Assembly: GCA_038887515.1 (NCBI GenBank)
Contig: JAWAKK010000005.1
Coordinates: 1 to 12,054 of the forward strand
Length of the DNA: 12,054 nucleotides
Direction: 5' to 3'
DNA from: Candidatus Nezhaarchaeales archaeon
GTDB taxonomy: Archaea; Thermoproteota; Methanomethylicia; Nezhaarchaeales; WYZ-LMO8
A program made the translations under genes and the position numbers. Each line of letters begins with the position of its first letter. Position 1 is the stretch's first letter. This document shows, one piece after another, positions 1 through 7,045 of the stretch. A model generated the notes under the pieces. That model saw only the letters and a list, made by a program, of their open reading frames with translations. It had not been told where the DNA came from and searched no databases.

Positions 1-724
1 GCGTAAATGGAAGAAATATGCTTTTCACAGACCTCCTGCTACGCCTTTTCCACGGAGGCGAATCTTTCAGGCCTCTCAAGAAGAAGTAAAGGCCTAAAAA
101 GAAAAGCAGTATTGGGGCTAGCTCCAGAGTTATGATCTCGAGAACTATAAATGGAAGTGCCTTAAGCCACTCTCCCTTCTCGATGTAATAAAAGGAAAGC
201 AGCAAGAAGAGTGGCGTGAAAATCTCCAAATGAAAGTCGAACGTGTTTACGCCGTGTAGGGCTGGGTTTAGGAGATAAGCCACGGCGAAGGCATAAGCGT
301 AGGTCTTGCTGTGAAGCTTATCCCTTGCAATCCAGTAAAGGGGCAGAGCTGCCAGTGCTAGAAGAAAGGACTGGAAAACCAGCAGTGTTTCTGGAGCTTG
401 ATACATGGCGTAGACGGGTAAGACTGCTACCAGCAGGATCGGCGAAAAGTGCACACCCAAGAAGCATCCTGTCGGGTTACCGTAGTTCACCTCGAGCGCT
501 GAGTACAGTAGCCTATTGGAGTTCAAGGTAGTCCACAGTGACTGGACGAATATTCCAAGATCCCAAGCATATGTCCTGAAAGTGTGGTGCATGTGGATGG
601 TGTAGGCAGAGAAGAAAGCCGTGTAGGCCAGTATCGGCACCCATATCAACGTATCGCTGCGCTTCCTAAGCCAACCTAACAATACAGCGGGCGTTACATT
701 CTCAGCAACCTTAGGTAATCGCAA
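1..724 (-). CDS. DUF2079-family polytopic membrane protein (predicted GT-C-like membrane glycosyltransferase); 3' end runs off the window
   Basis: Not in the ORF track because it has no stop in the window. Manual translation from TTG at 724 (preceded by GAGG) is open to the edge: MRLPKVAENV...YTAFFSAYTIHMHHTFRTYAWDLGIFVQSLWTT...FLGVHFSPILLVAVLPVYAMYQAPETLLVFQSFLLALAALPLY...YLLNPALHGVNTFDFHLEIF. The DLGIFxQ, HFSP, PETLLxxQ and FDFH motifs are typical of DUF2079. Start codon uncertain. Confidence 0.85.
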   Translation of the reverse strand, partial: MRLPKVAENVTPAVLLGWLRKRSDTLIWVPILAYTAFFSAYTIHMHHTFRTYAWDLGIFVQSLWTTLNSNRLLYSALEVNYGNPTGCFLGVHFSPILLVAVLPVYAMYQAPETLLVFQSFLLALAALPLYWIARDKLHSKTYAYAFAVAYLLNPALHGVNTFDFHLEIFTPLFLLLSFYYIEKGEWLKALPFIVLEIITLELAPILLFFLGLYFFLRGLKDSPPWKRRSRRSVKSIFLPFT

Positions 725-824
725 GTTCCATCCTCTTGTCGGCCTGCATGTTAAGAATTGCTTATTGCGTTGTAAATTGATAAATTTAACTTAGCTTAGA
801 AGGGATAGTTAAGCGAGTGTACCC

Positions 825-1646
825 ATGTTCATCAACGATCGCTCTCAGGGCCCTCTAGTTTCAGTTGTTGTGCCAACGTGCAACTCCGCCAAGACTCTTA
901 AGCTATGCTTGAACTCCTTGGTTAACCAGAGCTACAAGCACCTAGAGCTTATAGTTGTAGACAACTTCAGCAAGGATAGGAGTGTAGAGATCGCTAAGGG
1001 CTTTGGCGCAAAGGTGTTCATCCACGGTCACGAGAGGTCTGCGCAAAAGAACTATGGCGCTCTCCACGCAAACGGCGAATTCATATACTTTGTTGACTCA
1101 GACTTCGTATTGAAGGCCGACGTCATCTCCAAGTGTGTGGATGCGTGCAGATTCTTCGATGCCGTGTGCACTGTAAATTACTCATTTGGGAGAAGCCTGT
1201 GGGGAAAGTCGATAGCCCTAAAGGAATATTTCTTAGCTAAGGACCCGACAATCCAAGTTGCCAGGTTCATGAAAAGAAGTGTGTTTTTTGATGTTGGCGG
1301 ATTCGACGAGGATCTTGTAGTTGGCGAAGATCTTGATCTATACGCTCGTCTTGTAGAGCAGGGGTATAAGATAGGATTTGTAAGTGCGGTGGAGTGGCAC
1401 ATAGGTGAGCCTGAAACCCTAAAGGCCGTGGCTATGAGGGGCTTCTATTATGGAAAGAACGTTAAGGCTTACTTTCGCAAGAGGGGGGGCTATGCGGTCA
1501 ATCAGCTGAGCCCTTTCAAGCCGAAATTGATGTACAAGATCCTCAGAACTGGAAGCCCCTATATGATCGGCCTAGCATTAGTGGACTTTGTGAGATGGAC
1601 CTCGTCGGCCCTCGGTATTATGTGCTCGCACACCCGGAGGGCCTAA
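825..1646 (+). CDS. Glycosyltransferase family 2 (GT-A fold)
   Basis: PLVSVVVPTCNS, ELIVVDNFSKD, DxD motif in FVDSD, GGFDEDLVVGEDLDL; 273 aa. Confidence 0.95.
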   Translation: MFINDRSQGPLVSVVVPTCNSAKTLKLCLNSLVNQSYKHLELIVVDNFSKDRSVEIAKGFGAKVFIHGHERSAQKNYGALHANGEFIYFVDSDFVLKADVISKCVDACRFFDAVCTVNYSFGRSLWGKSIALKEYFLAKDPTIQVARFMKRSVFFDVGGFDEDLVVGEDLDLYARLVEQGYKIGFVSAVEWHIGEPETLKAVAMRGFYYGKNVKAYFRKRGGYAVNQLSPFKPKLMYKILRTGSPYMIGLALVDFVRWTSSALGIMCSHTRRA

Positions 1647-1661
1647 AAGGCCTTTTAGGCC
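1640..1661. terminator. Perfect 22-bp palindrome at a convergent gene junction; possible bidirectional terminator or protein-binding site
   Basis: GGCCTAAAAGG|CCTTTTAGGCC is exactly self-complementary. It overlaps the GT2 stop (1644-1646) and the methyltransferase stop (1661-1663). Function inferred. Confidence 0.5.
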
Positions 1662-2401
1662 TACCGCTGCTTTACACCAATAATTCTGAATGTAGGCACG
1701 GATATCGGAAGTCTTGTAGGAAAGTACCTGTCGAACAGCAGCGGGTTGAGGGGCAAGAGGAACCACCTTTCCACGTGGCCCTTGAATCCATGATGCTTTA
1801 AAAGGCGCTCAACCTCCTCTTTGCTTCTGAACTCAGAGACGTGATGTTCCACCACACTGCTTGCCTTCAAGAGTGCCTTAGCATAGAGCCTTGAGAATAG
1901 CGCATCTATGGTGGGAATAGCCCATGGAGTTTGCAGGAGGAGAACCCCTTGGGGCATTAGCAGGCGGTAGCAGTCCCCTAGAAAGGCGGATGGATCTTGG
2001 AGGTGCTCTAAAACTTCGAAACATGTAATAAGGTCGTAGGACCCCCATCGGAAAGGCAGCTTCTGAGCGTCGCATACTACGAGGTTTCCCGTAAGGTTCC
2101 TCGCGTACCTATGCACGTAAAGCCTTGACACATCACAACCGTAGGCTTCATACCCTAGATGCAAAAGCAGCTCGACGAGATATCCATGGGCGCAGCCGAC
2201 ATCCAATGCTTTTCTTCCTGCTCCCTTGAACAGGTTGAAGGGCGAACGGCTTGCAGCCCACTTCAGGAAGTCGCAATACAGCGCTCGAATTGCGCTGCGC
2301 TTCTTGTGGTAAGCATGCCAGCTTTCAAAGTACCATTTTTCAAGTCGACCCCTGTCCTGTGATGTTGTTGAGGCCTGCTCACGATCTTTCCCGAGGCTCA
2401 T
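1661..2401 (-). CDS. Class I SAM-dependent methyltransferase (Methyltransf_11/23-like)
   Basis: Motif I ALDVGCAHG, then YGCDVS and CDAQKLPF..SYDLITCFEVLEHL. Overlaps the upstream gene by 23 bp, so probably co-transcribed. Confidence 0.93.
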   Translation of the reverse strand: MSLGKDREQASTTSQDRGRLEKWYFESWHAYHKKRSAIRALYCDFLKWAASRSPFNLFKGAGRKALDVGCAHGYLVELLLHLGYEAYGCDVSRLYVHRYARNLTGNLVVCDAQKLPFRWGSYDLITCFEVLEHLQDPSAFLGDCYRLLMPQGVLLLQTPWAIPTIDALFSRLYAKALLKASSVVEHHVSEFRSKEEVERLLKHHGFKGHVERWFLLPLNPLLFDRYFPTRLPISVPTFRIIGVKQR

Positions 2402-3902
2402 AGCTCATCAATTCCTCGATTATAAGCCCTGAATTTGTATCTGAGCAGCTGGCGATGCCTACGACCCTAAGGACCAGCAGGTAGTTGGCGGCTCCTAGCG
2501 GGATGGCTTCGCTCTCAAGCATGCCGCTGGCCTTGATAAGGCCGCCGGAGCTGCTGTAAAAAGAGCAGCCACTATCCCAGTACCAACCGTAGGGGATCCA
2601 CTCCGAGTTCCACACTGCGTGAACCCATACTAGGAAAAGGTCGTGGGCAAGCTGCCCCTCGCTGAGCTGAAGGCTCTCATCAGCCATGGCTAGCCACCCC
2701 CCTCTCCCAACACGGATGAAGATCGGCATCGCCAAGTTTAGGCCGGGCTCTAGGGGTAGCGTATAGTCTCCGTAGGCGTAGTACTTCAACCCTTGCCTCT
2801 CCAACGCGTTTCCATCAAACATCGAATACGCCTCCAGCATGGAGAGGCCCAGCGTTCCCGATATCCTCGTTGGGCTGTACGTGAAGTACGCGTGCAGCGC
2901 GCTCCTCAAGATTGGCTCCCTGCTCGAGGAGCCCGCCAGAAATTCTTGGACGTCGACGAGCCCTGAGTAGTCCCTAGACCACGAGTATGATCCGTCCCTG
3001 TATAATATCCTCTTATGGGGTTGTAAGGAGCCTACTGTTACCAGTACCAGCCCTTCGTCGAACATCATGTCGTATAGCCTTGACTTACCATGCTTCGAAT
3101 CGTCTCGAAGAAGGCCGTTCCCGTTCGGGTCTAGAAGCGGCGCAGGTAGAACGTTGAAAAGTCTTCTCCCCTGAGAGTCCTTAAGTGGGTACACGAGTAT
3201 CAGCACGCTTTTCTTCATTGGTGAGCCAATGCTTTCACACATCGTTTCAAGCGCGTAGTAGTTTAACTTGTAGATTGGCACACCGTACGAGTTAAAGTGC
3301 TCTATCAAGGCGTCAGCCAGCCTGATGGCTTCATCGGCCATGTAATCTGGGTCGTAGAATATGTAGGTGTTCCTAAAGGTAGCATTAAAGGAGGAGTACA
3401 CGAAGAGCATTACGTGAAGCGATGTTGTTCCGTTGCCTTCAGCTTTGTATCCAACCCTAACTTTTAAGGAGTCCGAGCCTCGATCTACCTCTACGCCGCA
3501 TACCTCTAGCTTCAGGTTTGGCTCCACCACCGGAGCTTTAGCTTTCACCTTCAAGAATGCCCCGTTAGCCAAGTCGATCCTTATGTTGTACTCCTCGCCC
3601 ATCCTCCACGGGTACTTAAAGATGTATCGAGCCTCTCCTCCATGAGCTAGTATGCGGTCACTTATTGATGATTTTTCAACGGCCAAGCCGTTAACAAGCA
3701 CCCCCTCAACCTCAACCGCTCCCCCCTCAGCCTTGACGAGGAGCTCTATGCTCCTCTCCTCTTCCCCCAACGTGAATAGGATTCCCTTTATTGAAAGCTT
3801 AGATGAAGAGGTTGCGTACGGGAGGTACACAGCTACGCAGCATGCAACCACGAGAATAACTACTGCGGAGGCCGCCACATAGATTGGTGCCTTCCCCTTC
3901 AT
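2379..3902 (-). CDS. Membrane-anchored/secreted hypothetical protein with an archaeal pilin-like N-terminal domain
   Basis: 507 aa. Short basic leader MKG followed by a hydrophobic helix, then a beta-strand pattern (KLSI...IELLVKAEGGAVEVEGVLVNG...GEEYNIRIDLANG) resembling archaeal type IV pilin globular domains. Sequons NGT and NAT. The ORF is solid; the domain call is by eye. Confidence 0.7.
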   Translation of the reverse strand: MKGKAPIYVAASAVVILVVACCVAVYLPYATSSSKLSIKGILFTLGEEERSIELLVKAEGGAVEVEGVLVNGLAVEKSSISDRILAHGGEARYIFKYPWRMGEEYNIRIDLANGAFLKVKAKAPVVEPNLKLEVCGVEVDRGSDSLKVRVGYKAEGNGTTSLHVMLFVYSSFNATFRNTYIFYDPDYMADEAIRLADALIEHFNSYGVPIYKLNYYALETMCESIGSPMKKSVLILVYPLKDSQGRRLFNVLPAPLLDPNGNGLLRDDSKHGKSRLYDMMFDEGLVLVTVGSLQPHKRILYRDGSYSWSRDYSGLVDVQEFLAGSSSREPILRSALHAYFTYSPTRISGTLGLSMLEAYSMFDGNALERQGLKYYAYGDYTLPLEPGLNLAMPIFIRVGRGGWLAMADESLQLSEGQLAHDLFLVWVHAVWNSEWIPYGWYWDSGCSFYSSSGGLIKASGMLESEAIPLGAANYLLVLRVVGIASCSDTNSGLIIEELMSYEPRERS

Positions 3903-3926
3903 AAGGAAGCGATGCTATTCCAACCC

Positions 3927-3940
3927 TATAAAAACTTTAA
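3927..3940 (-). promoter_or_regulatory. Archaeal BRE/TATA promoter for the 507-aa gene (likely leaderless transcript)
   Basis: Minus strand reads TTAAAG-TTTTTATA, ending about 25 nt upstream of the ATG at 3902. No SD precedes the ATG. Confidence 0.6.
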
Positions 3941-3996
3941 CCACAGGAAGGTGTTTGAGTTGGATGTGAAGAACAGATGTTAAGGTGGGTTCATAG

Positions 3997-5103
3997 TTGG
4001 ACTTCTTGCTCGTATGTGACGCCATGATGGATTTAGAGGGCGGAAACAGGCCGGCTGCCTGCCTAGCTTATGAGTTGGCCAGGAGGGGTTTCGACGTCTC
4101 GGTCGCGTCTCCGGTGATGTCAAGGGATGTAGAGGGGTGGCTGAACAGGGCTGGCATCACCCCCATAAACTTGAAGGCCAAGCTCCTCTGCAAGGGCCTA
4201 GGTTATTCCCTGCTGTGGTTTGAGCTTTGGACGCGGGAGGCGTTCTTCAGGCTTACATCAAGGAGGCTTGGAAAGGCCTTTGCTACAGTTAACTTCTCAC
4301 ACGTGCTCGCTACCGAAGCCCTATTCTGGTACGCTCAGGGGGCCACGTCAATGGCCCTCGAGGATGGATGGATGGATATGCCCAAGGCCTACAGGCTCGG
4401 CTACATGGCCTCGAAGCCGGTGATAGGCTGGGCTGATAGGCTCCTAGTTAAAGAGGTTTGTAATAGGTCGAGGTTTGTCATCGCTAACTCCAGGTTCTGC
4501 GCGTCCATGTACGAGAAGTACGGAGTCAAGATCCACAAAGTCATATACCCACCAATAGACCTCAACATATTCAAGCCAACAACAAGCAGGCCAACAGAGG
4601 ACTACGTGCTCACATACCTCGGAAAGGAGTCAAAGACATCCGTGATAAAGAAGGTAGCGGATAGGGGAGTCAAAATAAAGGCCTTCGGCTCGAAACCCCC
4701 ATTCCTAAAAGACGAGCTCAAAAAACACCCAAACATAGAGCTCCTCGGAAGAGTCCCAACAAGAAGGCTGGTGGAGCTCTACTCAAACGCGCTTTACACG
4801 TTGTTCACATTCACCCACGAGCCCTTCGGCTACATACCCCTAGAAAGCATGGCCTGCGGAACCCCAGTGCTAACCTACAACAAGCAGGGACCCTCAGAAA
4901 CGGTGATCCACGGCCGCACAGGCTGGCTCGTCCAAGACGACGACGAAATGGTTGAGACGGCGGAAAAGCTCTGGAAAAATGGGTACAACCATCAAGCGAG
5001 GACCCAGTGCGTAAAGGAAGCAGAAAAGCTCGACACTAGCCACTATATCCAAGCATGGAGCGATGTACTTCAGAAAGCGTTGAATGCCGAGCAAGCAAGG
5101 TAA
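3997..5103 (+). CDS. Glycosyltransferase family 4 (GT-B fold)
   Basis: N-terminal GG motif, VIANSRF, VIYPPID and the EPFGYIPLESMACGTPV (Ex7E) signature; TTG start with AAGGTG upstream. Confidence 0.95.
   Translation: MDFLLVCDAMMDLEGGNRPAACLAYELARRGFDVSVASPVMSRDVEGWLNRAGITPINLKAKLLCKGLGYSLLWFELWTREAFFRLTSRRLGKAFATVNFSHVLATEALFWYAQGATSMALEDGWMDMPKAYRLGYMASKPVIGWADRLLVKEVCNRSRFVIANSRFCASMYEKYGVKIHKVIYPPIDLNIFKPTTSRPTEDYVLTYLGKESKTSVIKKVADRGVKIKAFGSKPPFLKDELKKHPNIELLGRVPTRRLVELYSNALYTLFTFTHEPFGYIPLESMACGTPVLTYNKQGPSETVIHGRTGWLVQDDDEMVETAEKLWKNGYNHQARTQCVKEAEKLDTSHYIQAWSDVLQKALNAEQAR
4870..4994 (+). repeat. 125-bp block identical to the reverse complement of 11930-12054
   Basis: Base-by-base comparison of CTAACCTACAACAAG...GGGTACAACCATCA shows no mismatch. 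The partner copy is cut by the window edge, so the repeat may be longer. Confidence 0.97.
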
Positions 5104-5251
5104 AATGCTGGCTTCGCAGGTCAAATATTTTGGGGGCTTCGAAAGCGATTATAGAACTTTGATCGAACACCGTACGCTATTCTTCACTTTGGGTCGCTCA
5201 GCAGTTTCTAGATATGTAGAGCTTTATAGACGTTCATGGATATTTATCTTG

Positions 5252-5467
5252 ATGAGTGTAGAGGAGCATTATATGATGAAGGAAACCAGTAGAATTATTG
5301 GCGTTAGTGCCAGGCAACTTCAAATTTGGGATAAGCAAGGATTAATTAGATGTGTGAGGAACGCCTGGGAGTAGAAGGAGAGCACCTGAAAGCTAAATAA
5401 AACGTCTTCTCGGGGTAAAAGAACTCGATGTAAGTCGTAAAATCGTAATACATGCCAGAAGCTCACC
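5252..5467 (+). pseudogene. tnpA: IS607 TnpA (MerR-HTH + serine recombinase) N-terminal fragment
   Basis: MSVEEHYMMKETSRIIGVSARQLQIWDKQGLIRCVR, an extra A near 5360, then TPGSRRRAPES*IKRLLGVKELDVSRKIVIHARSS (TAA at 5394-5396). This follows the IS607 TnpA pattern ...TPGGRRRIPESEI...VVIYARVSS. TTTATA at 5223-5228. Confidence 0.88.
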
Positions 5468-5753
5468 CATATCAGGGAGAGAATACAGTATTGTAGGAAG
5501 ATGAATAGAAGGCTTCACAGCATGCCATTTAGGAAAGCCCAATTCTACATTTTGTATAAATCCATGGGATATGGCTCCACCCCTGAACTCGTCGATGCTA
5601 AGAATACTTCTAAGGCATATCTGATGTGTGTGGCAGATCAAAAAAGCCGAATAGATGTGTCTTTAAGTGTTAGAAAGTGTGGCTTCCAAGTGGACAGGCA
5701 TTTAGTTGCAGCCTAGAACATAGCCATGAAGCCCCCTGTGCCATCCTTTATAG
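5468..5753 (+). pseudogene. tnpB: TnpB C-terminal fragment (post-RuvC-II helix, zinc finger, RuvC-III)
   Basis: HIRERIQYCRKMNRRLHSMPFRKAQFYILYKS...ELVDAKNTSK, a degraded zinc finger (KPNRCVFKC in a shifted frame), then KCGFQVDRHLVAA*NIAMK (TAG at 5714-5716 where W is expected). Confidence 0.88.
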
Positions 5754-5761
5754 GTGATGGT

Positions 5762-6234
5762 ATGGAGAAGAAACTAAGCGAGCTCGGAAAAGCTGGCTTT
5801 CTGTTATTATTGATGCAGAATGTTCGTTAACAATAAAGATGGTAAGAAGACAAAATAAAATAAGAGGCTTCAAGTGGGATTGTGTACTTTCATTAACCAA
5901 CACAAATGAAGGCCTCATTAGAAAATTCAATGAAATATGTAATGGTTCTGGCTACATAATCAACCATTCAACAAAACATTGAAAAGCCGATTGGAAACCT
6001 CGAAAAAATAAAAAATCTTATACTACGTGTGAATTCTTTGAGGTTGGTTGTTACCAGAAGTACTTCCACAACTAATTGTGAAAAAGACAAGCCGAGCTAT
6101 TAATTGAGGCGCTTAGTTGTCTTAAACAAGATCGTAAAGGCCATACTCCCTATGATAATAGACCCAAAGAAATTTACGATGAGGTGAGGAAACTGAATCG
6201 AAGAAGTGTAACCGTTGGCGGCGAAAGCCCTTAA
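5762..6234 (+). pseudogene. Single-motif LAGLIDADG homing endonuclease, frameshifted
   Basis: AGGTGA RBS then ATG at 5762. Stitched translation: MEKKLSEL/KSWLSVIIDAECSLTIKMVRRQNKIRGFKWDCVLSLTNTNEGLIRKFNEICNGSGYIINHSTKH*KADWKPR/.../LLPEVLPQLIVKK/QAELLIEALSCLKQ...EIYDEVRKLNRR. WLSVIIDAECS (5794-5826) is the LAGLIDADG helix. The NT-x-x-L, LP-x-L-x-VKK-x-QA and final KLN features fit the family. Absent from the ORF track. Confidence 0.8.
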
Positions 6235-6267
6235 TGAGCCTCGAGTAATAGAGGTGAAGGGGAAAGA

Positions 6268-7044
6268 ATGAAAATCTATGAATCCCACAACAGTCGCAAG
6301 CAGCTAAAGATTATGGTAGTGGCGATTGTGGTGTGCATCATGGTTTCAGTGTTTTTTGCGGTGAGTTGGAGCCGCGAGGATGATGATAGATGTGATGAAA
6401 GGCGAGGCTTGTTAACTGCCGCATTAATCGACGGGTTATATGAGTGTGAGCCTAACCTTGACTTCACGGATAAGCTTTTGGATATGCTTGAAAGTGCGGG
6501 GTTCCACGTTGATATTTACAGAAGGGATAACGTAACCGTGGATCTCCTCATGAACTTGGAGGGTTATAAGCTCCTAGTTCTCAGAGTTCACAGCGCCATG
6601 CACTCAGACGGTTGGCTGTATGTATTTAGCGGAGAACACTACCGCGAAGAAAAGTACGTTAAGGAGCAGCTTGCGGGGGCGGTGAAGAAGGGCTACACGT
6701 TCAACGGGGTCGAGAAGCCCTACTTCGCCTTAAACATAGCTTTCCTAGGAGGGAATAGGGCTGGAGCGCTGGAAGGATCCACGGTGATACTGATGGGGTG
6801 CAACGGCTCTGGAGACCCCTACTCCGTCAGCAGGCTGCTTGAAAAGGGCGTTGAAGCGCTCTTCGCTTGGAGTGGCTACGTAGACCTAAGACACTCCGAC
6901 AAGGCCACTCTGATTCTAGTAGAAGCGCTCTACGGAGAGGGGCTAAGCCCCAGAGAGGCTGCCGAGAAGGTTCAGCGAGAAGCGGGGCCCGACCCAATCT
7001 ACGGCAGCATTCTAAGGTGCTTCACGAAGAATTGGCATGGGTGA
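6268..7044 (+). CDS. Membrane-anchored hypothetical protein with a probable caspase/CHAT/gingipain-like (clan CD) fold
   Basis: N-terminal TM helix. LLVLRVHSA (His after a hydrophobic strand) and VILMGCNG (Cys after a hydrophobic strand) are followed by GVEALFAWSGYV...ALYGEGLSPREA. GAGGTGA RBS at 6251-6257. Confidence 0.7.
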   Translation: MKIYESHNSRKQLKIMVVAIVVCIMVSVFFAVSWSREDDDRCDERRGLLTAALIDGLYECEPNLDFTDKLLDMLESAGFHVDIYRRDNVTVDLLMNLEGYKLLVLRVHSAMHSDGWLYVFSGEHYREEKYVKEQLAGAVKKGYTFNGVEKPYFALNIAFLGGNRAGALEGSTVILMGCNGSGDPYSVSRLLEKGVEALFAWSGYVDLRHSDKATLILVEALYGEGLSPREAAEKVQREAGPDPIYGSILRCFTKNWHG

Positions 7045-7045
7045 G

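Larger units (their letters stand above)
5205..6293 (+). mobile_element. Degenerate, internally deleted IS607-family element (tnpA + tnpB remnants) carrying a LAGLIDADG pseudogene; boundaries approximate
   Basis: tnpA 5' part is joined directly to tnpB 3' part. 10-bp-period degenerate repeats lie upstream of tnpA (5217-5246). The omega-RNA-like motif CCGTTGGCGGCGAAAGCC..AATGA lies at 6212-6237. The region is visibly more AT-rich than the host genes. Confidence 0.75.

Noticed and set aside
325-531. 68-aa plus-strand ORF
   Set aside because: Antisense shadow of the DUF2079 gene on the minus strand.
5084-5251. N-terminal part of the 96-aa ORF 5084-5374
   Set aside because: TnpA similarity begins only at ATG 5252; the upstream extension is a fortuitous open frame.
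5730-6225. Bulge-helix-bulge or group I intron around the LAGLIDADG gene
   Set aside because: I could not build a BHB from the flanks, and there is no room for a group I core. Not excluded, given the sequence decay.
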